A stretch of 64,000 nucleotides of DNA, taken from NCBI GenBank assembly GCA_964593235.1, contig CAZQGS010000026.1, forward strand, positions 22,133 through 86,132. The letters are read 5' to 3'. Source of the stretch: an uncultured Gemmatimonadota bacterium. GTDB taxonomy: Bacteria; JAAXHH01. Every line of letters starts with the position of its first letter. The first letter of the stretch is position 1. The position numbers and the translations under genes are program-made. The notes under the pieces are model-generated. The model searched no databases and was not told the origin of the DNA. It was given only the letters and a program-made list of their open reading frames with translations. Of this stretch, positions 12,203 to 20,520 are shown piece by piece.

Positions 12203-13249
12203 ATGAGTGTTCAATGTGACGACCTGGACTTATTGCGTGGCCTAGTCGATCATTACAGTCCTTCTAGGCAAGAAGAAGATGCAGTATCTTTTCTAGTCGA
12301 ATCGATGGAACAGAGAGGTATAAATTCTTATATTGATGGGGCGGGAAATGCAGTTGGGGAAGTGGGTGATGGTTCCCCACATATTGCTCTCGTCGGGCAT
12401 ATAGATACTGTGAAGGGGATTATTCCCGTCCGAGAGAAATCTGGTCGTCTTTACGGTCGTGGAACAGTAGATGCTAAGGGTCCCCTCGCCACATTTGTGG
12501 CGGCCGTGTCTCGGTTTACTAAACTCGATCAAGGTAGGATTACAGTTGTAGGTGCTGTGGAAGAAGAGTGTCCGACATCACGAGGTGCCCGATATCTTGT
12601 TAATCAAATGAAACCAGATCATGTATTTATTGGTGAACCTAGCGGTTGGGATAGTATCACTATAGGATATAAGGGTATCGTTGGTTTCAATTTCAAGTTA
12701 AAACAATCTAATGCTCATTTTGCTGGCAATAATTTACGTTCGGGAGACAAAGCAATAACATTTTATAACAATCTTTTATCCTACCTTAACCAACATGAAA
12801 TCAAGAGTGAATTTGGATCTCCTCGACTTGAACTAAGGAGAATTAATACTCTTGATGAAGGGTTAACAGAAAATGTAGAGGCCTATTTTTCAGTGCGCAT
12901 TCCTCCTGGATATGGAGTGGAAAATCTTATTAACTTTATAGGAGTTCAGTCAGGAGATGCTGAAATAGAATGTGATCAGAAACTAGAGGGTATTATTGCG
13001 AAAAAAAATACTCCGCTAGTCCGGGCTTTGTTGCAAGGCATTCGTCAAGAGGGTGGGCAACCAACTTTCAAGAAAAAGACTGGCACTTCAGATATGTGTG
13101 TCATCGGTCCGGAATGGAAATGCCCCATCGTAGCATATGGTCCAGGAGATTCTAGTTTAGATCATACACCAGACGAACATATAATACTCGATGATTATCT
13201 TCGATCTATCCAAGTAATGACAAATGCGTTAAAATCCCTAATATTATGA
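12203..13249 (+). CDS. lysK: [LysW]-lysine/ornithine hydrolase, M20 (ArgE/DapE/LysK) family
   Basis: 348 aa. HIALVGHIDTV metal-binding motif, GRGTVDAKGPLA, M20 dimerisation-domain insertion. Last gene of the colinear block. Confidence 0.8.
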   Translation: MSVQCDDLDLLRGLVDHYSPSRQEEDAVSFLVESMEQRGINSYIDGAGNAVGEVGDGSPHIALVGHIDTVKGIIPVREKSGRLYGRGTVDAKGPLATFVAAVSRFTKLDQGRITVVGAVEEECPTSRGARYLVNQMKPDHVFIGEPSGWDSITIGYKGIVGFNFKLKQSNAHFAGNNLRSGDKAITFYNNLLSYLNQHEIKSEFGSPRLELRRINTLDEGLTENVEAYFSVRIPPGYGVENLINFIGVQSGDAEIECDQKLEGIIAKKNTPLVRALLQGIRQEGGQPTFKKKTGTSDMCVIGPEWKCPIVAYGPGDSSLDHTPDEHIILDDYLRSIQVMTNALKSLIL

Positions 13250-13324
13250 ATTAACCTCAAAAGTAAAAATTTTGATACAATCTTCCAATGTTTTTATAAC
13301 TTCTTTTTTAATAAACCACTCTCC

Positions 13325-14545
13325 TTAAGTCCTAAGAATTAATTCTCCGATTTCCTTAAGTTGGCCTAAGTTTCTACATTCAAGAACATGGTCACAGTAT
13401 GGATGGTAGGTAGACATGACAGAATCATCGGTGTTCCAATATTGTTGAGGTTCAGGGTTCAGCCATATCATTTTGTGAACCCTGTTCTGTAACTCATCTA
13501 GAACCCAATCTTGGGGATCAAACCAGTTTGTCCGGGCGTCGCCGAGTATGACTAGTACAGTATTCTTAGATAGCGAAGGAAGATATTCGTCGTAGAACTG
13601 GTAAAAGGCCCTTCCAAAATCACTTAGTCCAAAAAAATTGAGCGTATGATCATTTTTAAAATTTTCGACAATTTCTTCAAATGTGTTGTGGTCAAAATTG
13701 TCCGTGACCTCTGTGATACGATCTACGAAAAGAAAACTACGGGCTCGACGGAATTGACTTTGCATTTCATGGACTAATTTTATAAAGAAACGGGCGACTT
13801 CCCAAACAGATCCTGAAACATCACATAATACAACCAATTCATTTTTCTTGATTTTCTGATGTTTGTGTATTATGTGAAAAGGCAGATTACCTGTGCGAAA
13901 ACTTCTTTGAATAGTTTTTTTAATATCGACTCTTCCATGGCCTGACTTTTTGAAGCGTAATGACTTACGTGTGACAAGATTTCGGGCTAAGTCTTCCACC
14001 GCGTCGTAGAGGTTTTCAATTTCACCTGATGGTAATTCCTGGTAAAGATCAATAGTATCGGAGCTTTTGTCCCTTTGCACTCCTGGTTCGGTGGCATTTT
14101 CTGAGGTTTGTTCACCCAAATTAATACGGGCTAGGATTTTCTTGAGGACATCATCTTCTGATTCTTGGCTATCAGAAGTCTCTTCGTTAGTCGAGGTATC
14201 ATTTTGTTTATCTTCGTTATCTGGGGTCCCATTTTCATCATTTTCTGAATGATTTTTAGAATCAGTATGATCTTCGGAACTTTGGTCTATGTCGTTTGGC
14301 AAATTATCACTGTCGTTATTTTGATCCTCTATCTCAACTAGGAAAAATTGTTCAAAAGCTTCTTCAAAAGTGGGGATATCCTCATTAGATTTTATCAAAG
14401 TAGTTCGGAGCGAGGTCTTGAATGTATGGCGTTCAATGAGGGGAGTATGCCTAAGCATTTCAGCTGCATCGAGGGTTTCTGCCATAGAGATGCGAATACC
14501 AGACTGCCGGAGCATTCTGACAAATTCAACGAGACGACAGATCAT
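13325..14545 (-). CDS. VWA-domain protein, CoxE-like (MoxR partner), with acidic low-complexity linker
   Basis: 406 aa. C-terminal VWA with MIDAS-like LVVLCDVSGSV. About 90-aa D/E/N/S-rich region (NDSDNLPNDIDQSSEDHTDSKNHSENDENGTPDNEDKQNDTSTNEETSDSQESEDD). Overlaps the MoxR gene by 20 nt. Confidence 0.75.
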   Translation of the reverse strand: MICRLVEFVRMLRQSGIRISMAETLDAAEMLRHTPLIERHTFKTSLRTTLIKSNEDIPTFEEAFEQFFLVEIEDQNNDSDNLPNDIDQSSEDHTDSKNHSENDENGTPDNEDKQNDTSTNEETSDSQESEDDVLKKILARINLGEQTSENATEPGVQRDKSSDTIDLYQELPSGEIENLYDAVEDLARNLVTRKSLRFKKSGHGRVDIKKTIQRSFRTGNLPFHIIHKHQKIKKNELVVLCDVSGSVWEVARFFIKLVHEMQSQFRRARSFLFVDRITEVTDNFDHNTFEEIVENFKNDHTLNFFGLSDFGRAFYQFYDEYLPSLSKNTVLVILGDARTNWFDPQDWVLDELQNRVHKMIWLNPEPQQYWNTDDSVMSTYHPYCDHVLECRNLGQLKEIGELILRT

Positions 14546-15575
14546 TGTAATTTTCTTTCATGATCCGATCAATATCTTCTCTATCCTTCATAAGTACGTT
14601 CAAGGTACTTGAAAGAATATCGCGCGACAAATTTTCTGCATTAAGGACCACTAATGCCATTGCCCAATCAATTGTTTCCGCAATGCTTGGTGGTTTGCGG
14701 ACGTTCAGTTTTCTAATTTTTTGAACAAAACGGACTACTTGGTTCGCTAGATCTTCGTTAAGGCTTGGGACTTTGCAAAGAACAATCCGAGTTTCCTGGT
14801 CAAACGGAGGATAGTCTATATAGAGATACAGACATCGTCTTCTCAAGGCTTCAGAAAGACTACGATTAGCGTTGCTTGTCAATACTACCAGTGGCCTTTG
14901 AGCAGCAGTCAACGTCCCTAGTTCTGGTATGCTCACCTGAAAATCACTGAGTATTTCCAGGAGGAAACTCTCAAATTCATCGTCAGCTCGATCTATTTCA
15001 TCTATTAGCAAAACAACGGGTTCTGTCGAAAGTATAGCTTCTAGTAGGGGGCGCGGGAGCAGAAAATATCTTGAAAAGAAAGCTTTCCCTTCCTGGTTTA
15101 GTGTTTCCACCGCATTAGCAATAGTCTCAGTCTCGTTTACTAGGTCCCCTATGCGGTCTTTTAGGATCTGTGTGTAAAGTAATTGTTTTGTATATTCCCA
15201 TTCATAAAGTGCCTTGGATTCATCCAGGCCTTCGTAACATTGTAATCTAATTAAACGTCGTCCAAGGGTTACCGAAAGCGTTTTTGCAATCTCGGTTTTG
15301 CCAACCCCAGGGGGTCCCTCAACTAGTAGTGGTTTCTCTAGGCGCTCCATTAAAAAAATTGGCGTAGCCAGATTTGAATCACAGATGTAACCGTGCGATT
15401 CAAACTGCTGTAAAACATCTTTGGCAGATTTGAAAGAAGCCATACTACTCCTGAAAGGATAACTAACCTGTGGGATTATAACGGTCAAAACAAAGGAATT
15501 ACAGTACCTCATTCTCTGAGGATAATAACTGCTCGTGCATCGCCCAAAATTACCAATTATATGACATAATGTCAA
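14526..15575 (-). CDS. MoxR-family AAA+ ATPase (CoxD-like)
   Basis: 349 aa. Walker A LVEGPPGVGKT, Walker B VVLLIDEIDRA, MoxR-type helix-2 insert and sensor regions. Operonic with the VWA protein. Confidence 0.85.
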   Translation of the reverse strand: MTLCHIIGNFGRCTSSYYPQRMRYCNSFVLTVIIPQVSYPFRSSMASFKSAKDVLQQFESHGYICDSNLATPIFLMERLEKPLLVEGPPGVGKTEIAKTLSVTLGRRLIRLQCYEGLDESKALYEWEYTKQLLYTQILKDRIGDLVNETETIANAVETLNQEGKAFFSRYFLLPRPLLEAILSTEPVVLLIDEIDRADDEFESFLLEILSDFQVSIPELGTLTAAQRPLVVLTSNANRSLSEALRRRCLYLYIDYPPFDQETRIVLCKVPSLNEDLANQVVRFVQKIRKLNVRKPPSIAETIDWAMALVVLNAENLSRDILSSTLNVLMKDREDIDRIMKENYNDLSSR

Positions 15576-15734
15576 GTATATTTGATAAGGTTTTTACGAG
15601 ACGTCATGCCGGCAAAAAACCCACCTGATGGGTGTTTAACGTGTTATTTTATAGTTTAAATAGTCCTTGCCGAAATAAGTCCCAAAGCCTATATTGCGTC
15701 TGTCTAGATAACCTTCCAAGGTAAGGGTGATTTT

Positions 15735-16196
15735 ATGAGGAAAAAACAGAAAAAATTTTTAGTTGGTTTTGGGGTTGTAATAGTAGCGATAGGATACCTG
15801 ATCTATACTGGGGTAACCGATGCTACGATGTATTACTTAACTGCGAGTGAACTAGACACGGCTATAACAGAAGGGAATGTTGACTACGGCGAAAATATGC
15901 GGTTGCACGGTAGGGTATTAACTGGATCTATCGAAAAGGGTGAGGTGGGTTCCTTGCAAATCAGCTTTATAGCACATGAGGGGGGCACACAGATCCCTAT
16001 CGTCTACACTGGGGTGGTTCCTGACACGTTTAGAGACGATTCTGAAGTGGTTTTGGAGGGTGGTTACGGGCAGAATGGTACATTTACAGCTCACACATTG
16101 TTTGCCAAGTGCCCATCTAAGTATGAAAGTGACCAAGGATATGGCCAATATGAGAACCTCAAACCAATTCCGCCAGAATCCTCGACTAAGTCTTGA
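15735..16196 (+). CDS. ccmE: Cytochrome c-type biogenesis haem chaperone CcmE, variant with Cys-type CXXXY haem-binding motif
   Basis: 153 aa. N-terminal TM anchor, OB-fold core (VVPDTFRDDSEVVLEG). The haem-binding segment is LFAKCPSKYES (Cys126/Tyr130; Cys codon at 16110-16112) in place of canonical AKHDE-x-Y. ccmABCD lies downstream. Confidence 0.8.
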   Translation: MRKKQKKFLVGFGVVIVAIGYLIYTGVTDATMYYLTASELDTAITEGNVDYGENMRLHGRVLTGSIEKGEVGSLQISFIAHEGGTQIPIVYTGVVPDTFRDDSEVVLEGGYGQNGTFTAHTLFAKCPSKYESDQGYGQYENLKPIPPESSTKS

Positions 16197-16248
16197 ACAG
16201 ATTAGCTCAGAATTACGGTGTTGTTTACTAGAGGAGTAACATCTGGCT

Positions 16249-16848
16249 ATGACATTGTTCGCTTGTGGACTGCTTACATTGGGCGTCCTTGCTTTTATGA
16301 TCGTTCCAATGTTGGAGGGATCATCTCAACGTCGTCCTTGGGCTGTTCGATCTCGGCAGGATGATTTGCTTAAAAAGAAAGATTTTATCTATGCGTCCAT
16401 TCGTGAACTAGACATTGATTTTAATATGGGTAAACTGGCTGCTGAAGATCACAAGTTACTACAGCAAGAGTATATTAATGAGGCATCGGAAGTGCTAGAT
16501 GAACTGGACCAATTTGTTGAGATTGATATGCCCATTGAGGAAAAAATAGAAAAAGAAGTGTTAGATCTCCGAAATAGGAACCCCAAAAGTCCTATCAAAT
16601 CAGACAATAAAGAACCAACACTGGACCATATTGATGGATTAGATGAAACGGAAACTAGTAGTACAGGGAAGGTTGTTCTGTCTGAAGGTCAGCTTTTATG
16701 TAGACATTGTGGCAAACATAACGAGGAATATTCCAATTTCTGTGTCGAATGTGGAACTTCCTTAGAAACATACACTTGTGGAGGTTGTGGAAAGGAAAAT
16801 CAACCTTCAGCTAATTTCTGTTCAGAGTGCGGAGAGAAATTGGGTTGA
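16249..16848 (+). CDS. Membrane-anchored protein with C-terminal double zinc ribbon (CxxC-x16-CxxC-x9-CxxC-x15-CxxC); unknown function
   Basis: 199 aa. N-terminal TM helix (LLTLGVLAFMIVPML), coiled/acidic middle, C-terminal CRHCGK...CVECG...CGGCGK...CSECG. Lies in the ccmE-ccmA interval. Confidence 0.5.
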   Translation: MTLFACGLLTLGVLAFMIVPMLEGSSQRRPWAVRSRQDDLLKKKDFIYASIRELDIDFNMGKLAAEDHKLLQQEYINEASEVLDELDQFVEIDMPIEEKIEKEVLDLRNRNPKSPIKSDNKEPTLDHIDGLDETETSSTGKVVLSEGQLLCRHCGKHNEEYSNFCVECGTSLETYTCGGCGKENQPSANFCSECGEKLG

Positions 16849-16858
16849 TGGAGATCTT

Positions 16859-18025
16859 ATGAAGTGCCAATGGTATTCTAGCCCTTCGGGGCTTTTTATT
16901 TATTATATCAATATTCTGGTTTGCATTTTCTGTTGGAGTGGGGTGACAAAAGCTCAAGAAACGGGAAGCATTGACCTTGTAGTTTTAAATAAAACTACTG
17001 GCCTGCCAATAGCAGGGCACGAGCTGACATTGTTACGTCACAATAGTGAAGAGGAACAAGAAGAGACTCTTTTAAAAGTTGTAACAGATAGTAACGGACA
17101 GTATAAATTTGCTGGCCTACCAGCCGATGAATCCCACTACGTCATCGTTACTCGTTACCTCGAAATACCTTACCTTACAGAGCATATTACATTGGGCCCC
17201 GGGGAACAGCAAACAATAGTACTCGAAGTTTACGATATTACAACAAACGAAAATGAGTTAATTCATAGTGCTATTCATTTGGTAATAGAGACAACTCCAG
17301 ATATTCTTAATATTATGGAAATTATTGTTTTGGATAACAAAAGTAATATGACTTTTGCTCCACCACCCAATTCAGGCTTGGGCCTTATCTACTCTCTTCC
17401 TTCTGCCGCATTTGGTCTCCAACCTATGGTCCAGGGTCTTAGGCATACTGATCGGGGACTTTTATTTTCAGCGCCAGTAAAACCTGGCCCTGAACGAATC
17501 ATTTATACCTACAGCCTTGATAGGACTTCAGTAGACCACAAATTTGTAAGACAGATGGATTACAATATTAGTAGGGTCCAGGTATTGGTTTCCCCAAGTA
17601 CCGAGATTGTAACAGCTGTAAATCTGACCAACGATGGAGAACAACGAATTGGTGATAAGGATTATCTTTTACTCTCGAATCGTGTTGGCCTCCAGAAAGG
17701 GATGTCAGTAGAGGTTGCATTCCCTTATATATTGACTTGGCAGGTAGCTCTGAAGTGGGGAATGCTTGGGTTTGTTATATTAATTTTAATTGGTGGCATC
17801 TTTGTTGGGATTCGAATTAAGCCAGAAAAGTTGAAAAATTTTGATAACACAACCGGTGTCGAGCCAAAAAATAAGCGAAAATACACCGCGATCCTCCATG
17901 CTATAGCTAATTTGGATGATCAAAAAGACGCTGGAATATTAGACGCTAGGACATATAGAAGTCGTAGAGATGGTTTGCAAAAAAGGGCCTTAAGGCTTCA
18001 TCAAAATGGAAGTAAAAGTGAATAA
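16859..18025 (+). CDS. Secreted/membrane protein with CarboxypepD_reg-like beta-sandwich and C-terminal TM anchor; unknown function
   Basis: The ORF track starts at 16778 (overlapping the previous gene by 70 nt). The ATG at 16859 gives a signal-peptide-like N-terminus (MKCQWYSSPSGLFIYYINILVCIFCWSGVTKAQ) and no overlap. Contains the ...VVTDSNGQYKFAGLP motif typical of CarboxypepD_reg domains and a TM helix near the C-terminus (MLGFVILILIGGIFVGI). Its 3' end overlaps ccmA by 20 nt. Confidence 0.5.
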   Translation: MKCQWYSSPSGLFIYYINILVCIFCWSGVTKAQETGSIDLVVLNKTTGLPIAGHELTLLRHNSEEEQEETLLKVVTDSNGQYKFAGLPADESHYVIVTRYLEIPYLTEHITLGPGEQQTIVLEVYDITTNENELIHSAIHLVIETTPDILNIMEIIVLDNKSNMTFAPPPNSGLGLIYSLPSAAFGLQPMVQGLRHTDRGLLFSAPVKPGPERIIYTYSLDRTSVDHKFVRQMDYNISRVQVLVSPSTEIVTAVNLTNDGEQRIGDKDYLLLSNRVGLQKGMSVEVAFPYILTWQVALKWGMLGFVILILIGGIFVGIRIKPEKLKNFDNTTGVEPKNKRKYTAILHAIANLDDQKDAGILDARTYRSRRDGLQKRALRLHQNGSKSE

Positions 18026-18728
18026 TCAATTTACTCCTAGTATAAGATTACAAAACCTAACTAAGGTATACGGTCGTTTTAGGGCATTACGTGGAGTAAA
18101 TCTGGAGATTGCACCAGGAACCTTTTTGGCTCTTTTTGGTCCCAATGGCGCTGGGAAGTCCACCTTACTTAATATGATCGCTGGCCTTATTCAGCCATCT
18201 CGTGGAGCGTTGTTCTTGGATGATATCAATGTTACCCATGGTCGAGACGAGTGCTTAGGAAGCCAAGTTGGAGTATTATCATATGATACTTATCTATACG
18301 ATGAATTGACCGTTAATGAAAATCTCCAATTTTATGGGAAATTATACGACATTGTAGATCCTAGTAAAAAGATAGAAGAAATGTTAGTTGCGGTAGGAAT
18401 GTCTAGCAGAAGTGAAAGCCGGGTTTATACTCTTTCTCACGGAATGCGGCAGCGAGTAGCTATAGCAAGAGCACTTCTGCATGATCCAGATATTTTGTTA
18501 CTGGATGAACCTTATTCTGGGTTGGACCAAGATGCCCTAGTCACCTTAAAGGCAATCCTGACAGCTTATAATAAGACAGTTATTTTAGTAACTCATGACT
18601 TGGATCGGGGACTTGAATTAGCTGATCGAGTCGTTATTTTAAACCGTGGATATGTCGTTTTTGATACCCCCAAGAACGGTTTGACCAGTGATCAGATTAA
18701 ATGTTTCTATAAGGAGCATTCTGTTTAA
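18006..18728 (+). CDS. ccmA: Haem exporter ABC ATPase CcmA
   Basis: 240 aa. Walker A GPNGAGKST, LSHGMRQR signature, Walker B ILLLDEP. Followed by ccmB/ccmC. Confidence 0.85.
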   Translation: MEVKVNNQFTPSIRLQNLTKVYGRFRALRGVNLEIAPGTFLALFGPNGAGKSTLLNMIAGLIQPSRGALFLDDINVTHGRDECLGSQVGVLSYDTYLYDELTVNENLQFYGKLYDIVDPSKKIEEMLVAVGMSSRSESRVYTLSHGMRQRVAIARALLHDPDILLLDEPYSGLDQDALVTLKAILTAYNKTVILVTHDLDRGLELADRVVILNRGYVVFDTPKNGLTSDQIKCFYKEHSV

Positions 18729-18750
18729 GCCTATAAAGAGAACAATCTGA

Positions 18751-19431
18751 ATGAGATATTTACTTGCTAAATCATGGCAAATATACCGAAAAGATATGAT
18801 AGTAGAATACCGAACGCGCGAGCGTGTTGTGACTATGTTTGTTTTTTCGTTAATTGTAATGGTCATTTTTAATTTTGCTTTTAACATTGGGTCCAACTTT
18901 ATAGAAAGGGTTGTACCTGGAATGATCTGGGTCGCATTTTCTTTTGCAGGAATGCTGTGTGCGAGTCGATGTTTCGCTTCTGAAAAAGATCGAGCTACTT
19001 TTGATGGCCTACTCCTTGCTCCCATAGATAGAGGATCTATATTTCTTGGTAAATTATTTGGTAATATTACCCTTATTAGTTTAGTCCAATTGGCAGTACT
19101 TCCCCTATTTATTATTTTTTTCAACATGACAATCTTCCCTTATTTAACTAAACTGTTAGTTATATTTTTCTTGGGAACAATTGGATTTTCATCAATTGCC
19201 ACGCTGTTTGCAGCTGTGGCTATCAATACAAGAATGCGGGATGTTATGTTGCCAGTTTTACTGCTACCTGTGGCATCACCTATTTTAATTGCCTTGGTAG
19301 AGACAACAAGGACAACTTTTGAGGGTGGAGACTGGCAGGATATGACAAACTGGATAAGATTACTTTCGGTATTCACAGTCGTTTTTTTGGTAGCGTCGGT
19401 CATGTTGTTCGAGTATATCCTGGAGGAATGA
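18751..19431 (+). CDS. ccmB: Haem exporter membrane protein CcmB
   Basis: 226 aa, six predicted TM helices. CcmB-like ...FASEKDRATFDGLLLAPIDRGSIFLGK... segment. Confidence 0.8.
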   Translation: MRYLLAKSWQIYRKDMIVEYRTRERVVTMFVFSLIVMVIFNFAFNIGSNFIERVVPGMIWVAFSFAGMLCASRCFASEKDRATFDGLLLAPIDRGSIFLGKLFGNITLISLVQLAVLPLFIIFFNMTIFPYLTKLLVIFFLGTIGFSSIATLFAAVAINTRMRDVMLPVLLLPVASPILIALVETTRTTFEGGDWQDMTNWIRLLSVFTVVFLVASVMLFEYILEE

Positions 19432-19434
19432 ACC

Positions 19435-20157
19435 ATGGCAGAATTAACAACTCGTTTGCGCATAACACCGTTCGGAGTTATTTGTCTCGTTGGATTAATT
19501 ATATCGTTGTACCTTTCATTAATTTGGGCACCCAGGGAGCGGGTTATGGGGGACGTGCAGCGGATAATGTATTTCCATGTTGCTACAGCATGGATTGCAG
19601 AGTTAGCTTTTCTTTTAGTGGGTATTTCGAGTATTATTTATCTGTGGCTTAGAGAACGTAAATGGGATATTGTGGCTTATAGTGCTGCCGAAGTGGGCTT
19701 TGTATTTTGCTGTTTCGTAATGATAACTGGACCAATCTGGGGGAAACCAGTCTGGGGGACTTGGTGGACATGGGATCCACGTCTCACGTTTTCAATGATA
19801 TTGTGGCTTATATATGTAGGTTACTTAATGCTTCGGGTTTATGGTGACGATATCCCTCAGGTGAAAACCTTTCTTGCAGTACTTGGCATATTAGGTACTT
19901 TAGACATCCCGTTTATTCATTTCGCTACAATGTGGTGGCGGGGGTTACATCCCGATTCTCTAGTTATGAGCGAGGAAGGATTGGGGGCAGGGATGGAAGT
20001 TGATATGCGCATTGCTCTGGCTGTGTCGGCTATTGTTTTTACCTTGTTTTTTTTCTATCTTATGGGACGTCGAATGGCCTTGGAACGTTTACGAGATGAA
20101 ACCGAAGATCTGCGAGATCGTTTAGAATATATGAATAATGATAATATCAGAAATTAA
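19435..20157 (+). CDS. ccmC: Haem lyase/exporter component CcmC
   Basis: 240 aa. Tryptophan-rich WWD motif GKPVWGTWWTWDPRLT and conserved His in flanking loops. Confidence 0.85.
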   Translation: MAELTTRLRITPFGVICLVGLIISLYLSLIWAPRERVMGDVQRIMYFHVATAWIAELAFLLVGISSIIYLWLRERKWDIVAYSAAEVGFVFCCFVMITGPIWGKPVWGTWWTWDPRLTFSMILWLIYVGYLMLRVYGDDIPQVKTFLAVLGILGTLDIPFIHFATMWWRGLHPDSLVMSEEGLGAGMEVDMRIALAVSAIVFTLFFFYLMGRRMALERLRDETEDLRDRLEYMNNDNIRN

Positions 20158-20234
20158 TTTGTAGTTCAAAGATATCAGGAATCATTTTTGTTTAACAGTC
20201 ACCAAGGATAAAATGTTTAAAGGAGTTAATAGTT

Positions 20235-20396
20235 TTGGATCAAAATTTCTGGTATCTATTTTCTGCTTATACCTTAATATGGGTTGGACTTTTCGTTTAC
20301 CTTTTCACCTTAGCAAGTAGAGAGAAAAAGTTAGAGACAGAAGTGGTCCAACTAAAGAAGTTATTAGAAGAGTTGGAGAAAAAATTTAAAGAGTAG
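20235..20396 (+). CDS. ccmD: CcmD-like small membrane protein (TTG start; absent from ORF track)
   Basis: 53 codons, LDQNFWYLFSAYTLIWVGLFVYLFTLASREKKLETEVVQLKKLLEELEKKFKE: one TM helix then a charged tail, the CcmD architecture. AAGGAG RBS 9 nt upstream of the TTG. Directly follows ccmC. Confidence 0.55.
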   Translation: MDQNFWYLFSAYTLIWVGLFVYLFTLASREKKLETEVVQLKKLLEELEKKFKE

Positions 20397-20520
20397 GCGA
20401 TCTATACCATATCAGCAGAGTCATTTTTTTCTTCTCTAGAGGGCTGGCCAGGTCCTTAAAAGTGCTCGGTTCCATCTGTTTACCCCCTGGCTTTTCTTAA
20501 TACACCTGGAAGTATCCCCT

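Noticed and set aside
15576-15734. Weak hairpin AAAAAACCCACC-TGAT-GGGTGTTT in the MoxR/ccmE divergent intergenic region
   Set aside because: The stem is only 4-5 bp and the region is a divergent promoter zone, not a 3' end. It is unlikely to be a terminator or structured RNA.
16778-16858. ORF-track start of the 415-aa protein at 16778, overlapping the zinc-ribbon gene by 70 nt
   Set aside because: The ATG at 16859, just after the upstream stop, gives a signal-peptide-like N-terminus and no overlap. The 27-codon extension is most likely not translated.
20212-20319. Alternative ATG-started 35-codon ORF overlapping the proposed ccmD
   Set aside because: Its product (MFKGVNSFGSKFLVSIFCLYLNMGWTFRLPFHLSK) lacks the TM-plus-charged-tail CcmD architecture. 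The TTG frame has the better RBS spacing and the expected structure.
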